In this document: positions 49,401 through 60,595 of the stretch, piece after piece
How the letters are laid out: each line of letters starts with the position of its first letter
Position numbering within the stretch: position 1 is the first letter of the stretch
Assembly: GCF_008831285.2 (NCBI RefSeq)
Contig: NC_045138.2
Location: 39,494,001-39,558,000, forward strand
Direction: 5' to 3'
Origin: Nymphaea colorata
Taxonomy: Eukaryota
DNA: 64,000 nt
The notes under the pieces: model-generated
Told to the model about the DNA's origin: nothing
Databases searched by the model: none
What the model saw: only the letters and a program-made list of their open reading frames with translations
Made by a program: the position numbers and the translations under genes

Positions 49401-52400
49401 TTGAAACATGGTTTTTAAACATAGTTAAGGGCATCCCATGACATGTTCTGCCAAACTTGCTTAAAAGCCTCCTTTTCTAAAAATTTCTGTTGCATCCTTG
49501 GGTGCGACTGAAATGGGGGAAGAGAACATCTCAGACATTCTCTTCCATCTCTCAGGCACACCTTACTGTGTCTTGTTAACATGGGATTACTTTTCCCCTC
49601 ATGGTATCGTATATGTTAAGTAGAAGTTTCGCTTATTCATGTTAAGTAGGAAAGAGAGAGAGAGATGGTTTTTTTTGCTAGTGTGTGGCTGCCTTTTTAC
49701 TATAATTATTCCTCCAGAAGATGACAACACTGCCAATGTACTAAGGGAAAACTATTTTTTACATAAGCAGAATTAAGATGAACATTTGAGAACCTGGTGT
49801 TGTTGGTATTGGCAGAAGCAAAAGGTATGAGGTCGTAACATTTATTGGTCATGCAACAAAAAGAGATGGCCAGGATTGTTTCTGTGTTGTGGAGTCATGC
49901 TAAAGTATAGCAAAACTGACTGTCTACCACGGCTGTCCTTTGACAGTATAGTAAGAAGAATAAAAAAAAATCATTGTTGAAGAAAATAAAGATGAATGAA
50001 CAAGAAAACTATTAGTAATTTTCACTAAGCAAGAATGACTGATAAGATTTATGCTACTGTATCGAGCATGTTTGCAGGACTATATTCTTTTTTCGATTTT
50101 TATATTGAAATTTATACATAATTACATATTTTTATTATTTAAAATTTGAACATATTTATTGAGTTAAAAATCAAAGAAATTCATCCTGTTTTTGGCTTTT
50201 ACTGATATAATCCAGCTTCTGTTTTTTGATCCTTGTTCAGATCTGTGTTCACAACATTACTTTGAGTGATTCTATGGGAGCTATGTCACAAAAACACTTA
50301 ACAGACATTGTCGGAAGAACACTTTATAGACATTTTTTGTATTAAACCTGTATGTCATGCAATCAACGTAGTCTCATTCAGCTTATTTGAACAATATGCA
50401 TTGGAAATTTTTATGAAATTTGCATTTATTCTATCTTTATTTGGACTGATTTATTGGTGTTTTAATTATAATATGGTAGCAATTGTTGCTTACAGTTTTC
50501 ATCTAAAATGCTGTTTAGAGAGAGAGAGAAAGAGAGCAATTTCATGTGTTTTATTTGGTAAATAGCATAGGCCTCCAGAGAATGGAAGTCTTGATTGTCT
50601 ACCTTATCAAGTTAGTGTAAGTTTGGCATCTCTGCTTAGACATGGAGGCTTCTCATTTTTCATCCTTTGGTATAACAAACAGGGAAGTGCTGCAATCAGG
50701 TTTGATCTTTGAATCACCTGAGATCTCAGGGGAAAATAATTCATCTCTATCTCTTGATGAAGAGGATGTTGAATCAGAGTTGCTGCTGCATTTCCTTTTA
50801 CCTTGAAAGAGCAGAAGCACACACTATCCTGTAAGCTGGTTGAAGATATCGGAAGTCTAGAAGCAGATATATTGGAAGTTGAGAGAAGGCAAGCACTGTT
50901 GCAAGGTAATTCCTTTCTGCCGAAGTCACACAAGGAGGATAAAGCAGGCGATGACTTGAGAACTCAAATTCAGGATATCACTGAAAATCTAGGTTCAACA
51001 TGTCAAAATAAAGAATCTTTGGCAACAAATGTGGGAGGTTCCTCTTGGTCACCTATCTCATGTTCTAATGAAGCCAGGATATTAAAGAATATTAGTCAGT
51101 TAGAGGATGCATATTTTTCCATGCGTTCAAAACTTAAGCTTGCTGAAAGTGAGAATGTAACACGGACAGACAGGGACGTGCTGAGGAATCAAGATAGATG
51201 CTCCTCACCGTCAGCTGATAGTGCTGAGGGTTCTAAGGATTCTGAAATAGAGGACACACGTGGAGCTTTTTTTGATGGCTTCTGTAGGTATGCACGATAC
51301 TCTAAGTTTGTAGTACGTGGTGTTCTAAGAAATGGCGATCTCCTCAATTCTGCAAATGTTATTTGCTCTTTGAGTTTTGACCGTGATGAGGAGTATTTTG
51401 CTGCTGCTGGTGTATCAAAGAAGGTCAAGATCTTCGAGTTCCAGTCCTTAATGAATGGGATGGTTGACATTCACTACCCTGTGATTGAGATGTCAAGCAG
51501 ATCTAAGCTCAGCTGTGTATGCTGGAATAGCTATATTAAAAACTACTTGGCATCAACTGATTATGATGGTGTAGTTCAGGTTTGTCTTCAATATCTACTG
51601 GAAAAAAATAATTGGTGAAAATGTTTCTCATGCTGATAGTTTATTCATTGTTTTTAGGAATCATAAATAGTGATTCTGTTAATTCCTTCTGCTTTATCTT
51701 GCAACTTCTATTTTCTTCCCAGCTCTCTAACATGCACACCTAAATCAAACCACTCTTCTTATTAAGGAGGCCTAACCAGCTCGTCTCATCTTGTCTTTCT
51801 TGAAAATATTTAAAATACTGAAATAGAACAGGAAAAGCCAGGAACTAGAAGTCTATTTAAGAAATCTGAAGCTGGTCGTTTCTGCAACTGTTTCACACAT
51901 TTATTGATTTATGTCATGCTTCATTCCATTGTGTTCTTGTTTAACATGTGCTTCAATATGTAAACTGTTGGTAAAGAATTGAAAAACCTCATAGTTGTCC
52001 TGAATGAAACCAAATTGCTTTGACAAGGAAATGAAAATTAGGGACGGAAGTGCAATGTTACAAAGGAAAAAAAGCACTTGATAATTGATATTATTTTGAA
52101 GTTGAGGAAAAATTACCTTGGATTAGACAAACTTTATCTCAACCTGGAACCATAGCTGGACAGTTGAATTAATTTGTAAAATTTGCAATAAGTTGCAGGT
52201 TTGGAAGGTAGACAATTAAGCTGGACAATGTAATTAATTTGTAAAATTTGCAATAAGTTGCAGGTTGGAAGTTAGATACCTAACTGAATCGTTGGAATAA
52301 GAGACCACTAATGAAGTAAAAAATTAGTTTGTGATGACTTTTTTGTACTTTTAGATTGTAATTTTTGCTTGATTACAATTTGCGTGCATCCTTGATTAAG

Positions 52401-53945
52401 GATCTGATCTGTTTCATTTTTTGGTGTGGTACATCTTTCTCAGCTATGGGATGCAAACAGTGGGCAGGGATTTATGAACTACGGAGAGCACCAAAAGAGA
52501 GCATGGTCTGTTGATTTTTCTGTAACTGATCCAACAAAGTTGGCCAGCGGAAGTGATGACTGTTCTGTGAAACTTTGGAGCATCAAAGAGGTATCTGTTT
52601 TCACTTTTCTGTTAATTACACTGCTTTTGTTTATGGATCTTAATAAGCAAAGATATGCAAATCAAATAAGAATCCACTCTGGTTCTTTCCAGTGGAACAT
52701 AGGTGTGGAGCTTATTGAATGATTGTAAAATAAGGTCCATTCTGATTTTGCCAGCCTTGTATAGCTTTGTCATGACCTGTCCACTTGCAAATGAGGAACT
52801 GGAGATGCATTAATCATCTCTCTAGAAGATTGTCAACTAGTGTTCGTTTATATTTTATAGCTTGGCAGCCAATTGATTTCTTTGGTTCTATATGAGAAGC
52901 CATTGGAAAAATATAGGAGAAAGGCATTATTTTGAAAGTGGCTTTTTTTCTTTCTAATTTCCATATAGGAATGTGATTGTTTGATCATTAAAGGAACTAA
53001 TTTTTACGTGATTTTGATAACTTTGAAGAAAGTTTGCTTTTCAAAATTTGCAGCTCACCCAAATTCTTTTCTTTTCATTTTGTTTACAGAAAAACTCTAT
53101 CGGCACAATAAGAAACCATGCAAATGTCTGTTGCGTCCAATTTTCCCCATATTCCACACATTTGTTGTCCTTTGGCTCAGCTGATTACAAGGTCTTCTGT
53201 TATGATCTTCGAAATACAAGAGTACCATGGTGCACGTTAGCTGGACATGAGAAAGCTGTCAGTTATGTGAAATTCTTGGATGCGAGCACAGTCATTTCAG
53301 CATCCACTGATAATAAACTGAAGATATGGGATCTCAATAGAACAAATTACTCTGGTCTCTCTTCCAGTGCTTGCAGTTTGACCTTGAAGGGTCATACAAA
53401 TGAAAAGGTTTGTGTTCTAGTTTCTGAAATAATTTTTCAAAACAGTTATCTTTATGCTGATGAAGATATAAATAATTTTATTTTTCAGAACTTTGTGGGC
53501 CTCTCTGTTTCTGATGGGTATATTGCATGTGGGTCTGAAACAAACGAGGTACTTTTTTTAACTTAAGTCTCACTTTGTCTACTTATCTCTTGCAAATGAC
53601 ACTTTAGTATGCTAGAAAATTCGAAAGAATATGTGTGGTACTTGCTTGATCATGACTCATCAAATTCAACGAAGATAAATTTTGGTTTTAGTGGATTCCT
53701 AAACATTAAACAATCTGAACAAGTGTTGCTTATTCATGCTACCTCTCCCACAGGTTTATGCCTACCATAGGTCTCTTCCTATGCCGATAACTTCTCACAA
53801 GTTTGGTGCTTTGGATCCAGTGTCGGGGCAAGAGATAGGTGATGATAATGGGCTGTTTGTTTCTAGTGTTTGTTGGAGGGCAAAGTCAAACATGGTTGTT
53901 GCTGCAAACTCCAATGGTAATATTAAGCTGTTGGAGTTAGTTTAG
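46494..53945 (+). CDS. SPA1: SUPPRESSOR OF PHYA-105 (SPA1/SPA2-type) protein: kinase-like, coiled-coil and WD40 domains; 1-nt frameshift in exon 3 as sequenced
   Basis: Exons 46494-48221, 48826-48983, 50683-51579, 52444-52590, 53090-53407, 53489-53548, 53754-53945. Motifs [105 protein letters not shown]. Exon sum is 3500 nt, one short of ~1166 aa; TGA at 50804-50806. Confidence 0.92.
52155..52276. repeat. ~64-bp tandem duplication in SPA intron 3
   Basis: agctggaca...aattaatttgtaaaatttgcaataagttgcaggtt(t)ggaag.taga occurs twice. Confidence 0.85.
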
Positions 53946-55253
53946 TATGGGCATGAGTTCCTCAAGGAGTTTCATGGTTGAAAGTTAAAATCCCCAAAAA
54001 AGGTCTTGTTGCGGCCTTTGTCAATTTCCATATCTCTGTCACATGGACAAAGCAGCACGATAAGGGTCATCTACTTCCAGAATTTCTGAAAGACATAAAG
54101 GAGCCTGTACAGGGTGCTTTAGTGACATAAACCCAGTACCATACATTGGGCCTCCCCTTGTTGTTGGCTGACGTGACAAATGAGCACAATGGTTAACAGC
54201 TGCATATGATGCATGGGATACTCATGGAAATAAGGGAGACTCCAAAGCATCAGCATATTAAGGCTTTATTGCTTTGTTGCTGGCTTTTGATAGATTGCAG
54301 TGATGGATCTGATGTTGTGCAAGGCACTGTTCTCATGATGCACCAACCTTGATTCGCTCTTGATATCCTTGATTTATTGGTACACCTTAGAAATGACCGT
54401 TATGATGAGCTTTTGTACATATTTTTTGATGAAAATTTTTGTTGGACCATATGCTGGGGTTTTTGCTTCTCGGAAAGCGTAATGCCCTGCTCTAAAATCT
54501 TACGGACTTCACCAGATGACCTATAGATTAATGGACACTGATTAGAACTGTAGAATTTGAGATGATCTCAACGTCTGCATACTGTATAGCTTGATTTTGC
54601 ACATTTTCAAGTATGTTTGAGAGCCCTGATGATGATACATCTTGATGGCCCCTGCTGCGTTACAAAACCTCCAGTGCTTTGAAGAAGCCGCTTCAGTGCT
54701 ATCTACCAAATCTCAGGGTTGTCTGACTGAACCAAGATTGCAACAATTGTACATAAATTTGTCGTGCTAGAAGCAGCCAGATTTGTAATGTTTATTTGTT
54801 GCTTTAAACAGTTTCAAGTGAATGTTACATCGTTTTCTGATTGGCTTCGAGTCAGCTTCATCCGAGTGTACAAGGTAGAGGAGAGCTTGTAATAGGGCAG
54901 GTTTCGTAATATCTATTTTACGGGAAAAATTTTGTATGTTTGACACCAAGAAGCTATAATTCTTCATATTCTCAATTTATGCTGCTGGTGTTCCAGTGGA
55001 AAATTCAACGTTTACAAGAACTCTACTAGCCATTTGCAATTTTCTTCATTACGTAAGAGAGAGAGAGGGAGATTTCAAAAGCTGAAATCTCTGTGATTGG
55101 TAATATACGAATCTCCATACAGAGGTTAACATCTCCCCGCTTCACAGTTAAAAGGGGCTTTTTCGAAAGTCGATAAAGATAAAACGCTAACGACCAACAT
55201 GGAAACTTGTGTTAAATATCCACAAATTGCCAACCGGAGATAATCACATAATT

Positions 55254-55500
55254 TTTTGCTTAAGCAGCACAAACTTATGTCTATTGCTAAGCAATCTCAG
55301 AATCAGTGACATGATCGGATCAGCTTCGCCTGTTTGGCTCATGGCCATGGGCTGCAACTGGCTCTCTGAGTTCGTGATATTTTGTTTGAGCAGCACAAAA
55401 TTATGTCTATTCCTAAGCAATCTCAGAATCAGAGACATGACCGGATCTTCTTCGCCTGTTTGGGCTCATAACCATCGGCTGCAATTGACTTTCTGAGTTC
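55254..55500 (-). repeat. Diverged ~127-bp tandem duplication covering the MLKL-like C-terminal codons, stop and proximal 3' UTR
   Basis: 55380-55500 (functional copy) aligns with 55254-55373 (UTR copy with substitutions and a 1-bp deletion). Confidence 0.9.
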
Positions 55501-57659
55501 ATCCTCATACTTCGGCCGCATGCTAACTGAGGTGGTCTTTGCGTTCTCGCTTTGTTTTGTTGTCCTATGATAAAAGAAGGGCGGAAGAGAAATAAGTGGG
55601 AGCTGAACATGAGCATTCATCGGCAGCTTATTAACATTTAGTGAGCTTTTCATAAAAAAATGTAATTCCTGCAACATCCAAGGGCGGAGAGAAACTTTGA
55701 CGATGCCAACAGAATGCATATTACTACTGTGTTCCAACCGTTGAGTAAAGGGGGGTTACCTGAGGTTTTGCTGGCTTTTGCATCTCCCGATTTCTTGGTG
55801 GATGGTTTCCTGATGTTGTCTGAACTGGAAGGTGAATTAGACAGTGCAACTGGTGTAGAAAAAGGATCCTCTGGTGTGGGAGTGCTGTCGTCCTCGCAGA
55901 CCGATGCCTCACTTCCGGACTCTGAGTTTTTGTCTTTCAAGTTTATGGTTATCCTTTCCTTCTCTGCAGCTCTGTAAGCAAACATCTGAAAGGGTACATC
56001 TGCCACTCGGGTGGTCTCTGAGTGTGCCCATCCAGCTACATTTTTTGAAAGAACTGTTTCAAGTTCACAGTAATCAATTGCTGGTGCAATTGGCTCAGGT
56101 TGACTATGATCAGGATTCAGTGCCAGAAAACGAGAGATAAACCGCAGGGTCTTGCAGATGGATGAGAAACTTGGACGCTGACTGGGTTCTGCTTGCCAAC
56201 ATTTTTTAGTTAAACTTGTCAAGTACTTAGGTGATGGAAATGGAAACAGGGGCCTCTCGCCAGCTCTTATATTCCTACTCATTTTGCCTCCTTGTAGATG
56301 ACCTTCTTCAAAGGGAACTTTACCAGTTAAAAGCTCAAAAGAGATCATGGCGAAGCTATACACATCTGCCTTCTCTGTGTACCTTGCGTTCGTTGTGCTT
56401 CCCTGGTCTTGCTCTGCAAGAACCTCTGGAGCGTACCAAATAAATGAATCAGGGGATGCTTGAGTCGTCGGACTGCGCGGGCCAAATTTCTTGACGGTTG
56501 GTAGGCCAAAACCGGATACTTTTACATGCACATAGCCTTCCAGAGAGGAGCCTCTCATCTTCACAAGTATGTTTGATGGGTTCAGATCACCATGGTATAT
56601 CTTCTGAGAGTGCAGATACTGCATTCCTCTTGCTATTTGAAGCATGATGTCGACAGCTACTGGGAGAGAGAAAGGCACCCGTCTCCTCGGACTGCATACT
56701 TCTTTGATATGGCTGCCAAGATCCTTGTTCATGAGCTCCATGACTAGAAGGCATTCCTTCTTTTCTTCATCAGTAAATGCACAAAGGAAATTCATAATGT
56801 TTGGGTGCATTAGTGCAGACAGCTGACTGATCTCTGGAATCAATGACTCAACCTCTCCGAAGAAATGTCTGACGACCAGGCTTTCTCCCATCCACTGGAC
56901 TTCCTTATACTGACTGCCATTTCCCAATCTTCTTCTAACCTGATAATCCTTAGAACCGACCAGTATCGATGAAGGGAACATCTTCCCTTTGGACGGTTCT
57001 AGACCCTCATAGTTATTCAGCAGAATGTCCAGGATTCTGCCTTCCTGTTTCATTCCAGCGCCTGCCAGCTTTCTCTTTTCGTCGATAGCATCCAATAACA
57101 TCCTTCTATCTGAATTCCAAGCTGCTTCTATTTTCTTCAGTGTATCATTTGTCACCAAGTACTGTTTGCCAAATTTCCAGTGAAAAAGCTTCCTGTCCAG
57201 CCATTCCTTCTCATATTTCTTGGAGATGAGAATCCTCTTCTTCTGAATCTCACACTGATCACAACCCGCAACCTCGCTTGCAACTTCTAACGCTTCCATG
57301 GCAATACAAAAGCACATGAAGAAGTTATGGATGTGGAATTCAACGCAGTCGTTGTTCTGTGCAAGGCAAATTGCCTTGACTAACCATTCTTTTGGCTCCA
57401 AGCACTGCCTTATGTATGCTTCCCCCTCTTTCACAGTTCTGTGAAGTTCCCTCAATGGCTGATCCAAAACCTTCCATTTCGTTAACCTCTCTTCGAATTT
57501 CAGATTCTGCGCCATCTCATCGGCAATCACGTCGAACCCAAGATTGTAAATCTCAACCAACACCGTGCATTGGTTTCGATTGATCTTAATTTCTTCCTTG
57601 AAAACCATGAGAGCCTTCAGGCTCCCCAGAACCTCTCCAATCTGCCGAAGTCTCTCCAT
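55413..57659 (-). CDS. MLKL: Plant MLKL-like protein (HeLo/4-helix bundle, brace, pseudokinase, Ser-rich tail), ~683 aa, 2 exons
   Basis: Exons 57659-55760 and 55564-55413 (2052 nt, in frame). N-terminus MERLRQIGEVLGSLKALMVF..INRNQC recalls Arabidopsis At5g41730/At1g64300. Kinase fold with degenerate catalytic motifs: VVRH (no VAIK Lys), HGDLN (for HRDLK), SGFG (for DFG); WYAPE and DVYSFAM intact. Confidence 0.88.
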
Positions 57660-59996
57660 CGTAATGGTCTCCTCCCCACCTGGAGAAACCGTTGGTTGAA
57701 TTGATAATCACGAAATCTTCCAATCACACTTCTCTTACCAACAAAAGGATCAAAACAAAAAAAATCTTACAAATAGCCTGAGAGGGAGGGAGGGGGGGGG
57801 GGGGTGGTGAGATGACCAGAGCGCCTCAGAAACCTCAGGCTTCAAGGTTGGACTCTAAAAGGAAGTGCTTCTCGAAAGCAAAAAATCAAGAAACAGAAAC
57901 TCTCCCAAGGACTTGAATGAGATGAAATCAATCTGGTAGATTTTGACCATAACAAGAGAGAGAGAGAGAGAAGTTCTTGGGCTCTGGTTGTAGGAAGAGG
58001 AAGGATCGTTGGTCATCACTTTAGAGAGGGAGATGGTGGCGACCCAACACTTGTCGCCACGTCTAAATTAGAGGCTTACAGGTAGGAGCGAGAGGGAGAG
58101 AGAGAGGGAAATTGCGGTTGGAGAGTTTCGGTTGTTCCAGTTGCGTGCGTTGGTGCTAATTTTTCAAATTGCCGTGTCGACGTAACGGTCAGCTTAACCG
58201 CCGCCCTCTTCGTGCGTACACGGCAAAGGGAACAAAGAGGCCCCCTCTTCTTTTTGACGATTTTTTCCCGTTTCTTAATTTACAAAACTTTACCCATTCT
58301 TCAAACCTATTTACGAGCAACCGATCACTTATTTGAAAATTTACAAGTGGTACCTTAGAAAACAAAACTATTCTCAAACAACCGACCAAACAAACTTTCT
58401 AGGCTTAAATAAGGGCGGAGACGGCGACCTCTCCTGAGGGTTTTCGAAAAAACTGAGCAGTAACTATAATTTAGCCCGTTTAAATATTTTAAAAAATATA
58501 ATGACCTCTTGTGAAAACATTTCAAAAAACCTTTAAAGGTTTTGAACAAAATCTCCGGACCCCCTCATATTAACCGGATGGCTTTTACAGGTTGGTAGTT
58601 GTAATTCAAATACATAATTTAGCAAAATATCAAACGCATCAAAATATAACAATTTGTAATGCATCAAATTTTGATTACATTAAAAAAAAAATCATAAGTT
58701 CATTCCCAAGAATGTGGATTTAAATGAGAAATGTTGAATATACTTAGCTAGCGAACTTAATGAAATAATTCTTTAGCTTGGATGTAAAGGCACAACTGTT
58801 GGCCGTTTTGGGTGTTAGGTTGTGTGCTGTGTGTCAACAAGAGGGCAATCCTTTTCACTCTCTTTCACCATAGAGCCGATAACAAATGACATTCTTTCAT
58901 CAAAGTTAGGGGCACCCGTAAATAGAACAAGAAAGGGTGCTTATTTGTAAATTTTGTTTTGTTCCTTTCTTTCTTGGACAATTTTCATAAATGCACTGAA
59001 TGAATTAACAAAAAACTCCAAACCGCACTCAAGCTTTTAATATTGTTAGAAACACCATAAGTTCTGCACCCTCATTAAAAAAAAAAAAAATCCTCGAGTA
59101 GCCCTAGGTTACAAAATGACAAAAATACCCTCAGTAAGGTCAATAGTAGTGCTAATTCATGATTAACTATATCCAAACTAATTTACTTTACTTTTATTAA
59201 TATCTAATATAATGTGTTAATTGTCTTTCACAAATGTTGAAAAGTTATACAAGGGAACCTAAATATTGACGAAGGTGTATTTTTCATGTTATTTTTAGAG
59301 GATAAAGTAGTCATTTTACGCTGACTGAGCAATTAATTTGCCAGAAATGAGCTCATGGATTTTTTTTTTTTGGTTGACCAAAAAAGTTGAGAGTGTTTTC
59401 ATAATACAAAAAATCAGTTTTTTAATAATCAGCAAATCGTTTGGTGTGTTTCTGAAAATTGTTATTTATTTTTCTTCTTTTAACCAAATGCGTCAGCCTT
59501 TGGTCTTCAGATTCTTTGCTGGTTTGACTGGAGATTTCCCCTTAACACACTCCACCAAATTTCCAACCTTGCCACTCCTTCATTACTTTTTCCTATTTTC
59601 AGACATCTTCCCTAAACTTTTCCATATATTAGTGCAAGACAGCCATGAATTTCATTCCGGGAAGCTATTTCTTAATTGGAACAGTAAATCATTTTTTTTT
59701 AACCTTTAAAAAAAATCTAGGCGAAGTTATTTGTAATTTGTAAGAAATTATTCCTGACTACTGGTCTTTTTTTTGTGTAATTGTAATCAAATTAAAAAAA
59801 AAAAACAGACTTTTCTGCTAAAACTTTATTCGTTTGTTTATTTATCTATCTAATTTTGTTGACATAATAATAAAAGCTCGGGGGTCATATTCTTATCTCG
59901 GATCTGAGCTGATCATACCATCCTCAGATTTTGAAATCTTTATAAAATAGTTTAAAAAGCAAAACATGGATCTACTTAGTTTAAAAAGGATAATAA

Positions 59997-60049
<53 letters not shown>
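59997..60049. repeat. Long (AT)n microsatellite
   Basis: Direct reading. Confidence 0.9.
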
Positions 60050-60051
<2 letters not shown>

Positions 60052-60397
60052 GCCACTTAAAAATGGAAATTTATAAAATAGTGCCCCTTTAAACCAAAAA
60101 AAATCTAGCTCTGCACATTGTTCTTTGTACTTCAGCAAAGCATGTTTTTCAAGAAATTATATTCTTGTCTTAAAAAGCATTGGCAATCACGAGTGTCACT
60201 TCCAAATCTCATAATCAATGGTGGGCAAAATTATGCCATATTTTATGAAACTGTGGTTTGGAGGATATGAAATGCCCCACTTTGAGAGTCTCATTTTTAA
60301 AAAACTTATAAAGTTAGTTGGTTGTTTTTTTCTTAATTTTTTGTTTAAGGTTGGAACTGAAACTATTAAGAAAAACATATGTTGGAATCCGTCGAAT

Positions 60398-60595
60398 CAG
60401 GAGTCCGAGCCAAGATTTTTTCTAGGGTCAGGCCAAGACGATTTGCAGACCGGGCCAGTGTCGGGCCAAGAAGAACGATGAGGAGCGACCGGTCGGGCCA
60501 AACTAAAAAAATTTGATTTTTTCAATGTAAATTTTTTTTTTCTTGCGCTCACTCGGGCCATGGCCCGGGCGGGCCCCCCCCTCCCTCCGCCCCTG
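60398..60595. mobile_element. GC-rich hAT-like MITE related to 2647-2883
   Basis: Right end CTCCGCCCCTG (rc CAGGGGCGGAG); degenerate left end CAGGAGTCCGAGCC; internal CGGGCC repeats; no TSD found. Confidence 0.5.

Noticed and set aside
20982..57659. EDR4-like, MLKL and TBL genes as an immunity cluster
   Set aside because: Separated by unrelated genes with no shared regulatory evidence; co-location is plausibly chance.
57781..57810. G-run / possible G-quadruplex in the MLKL leader
   Set aside because: G-rich strand is the template rather than the mRNA, and homopolymer length is unreliable.
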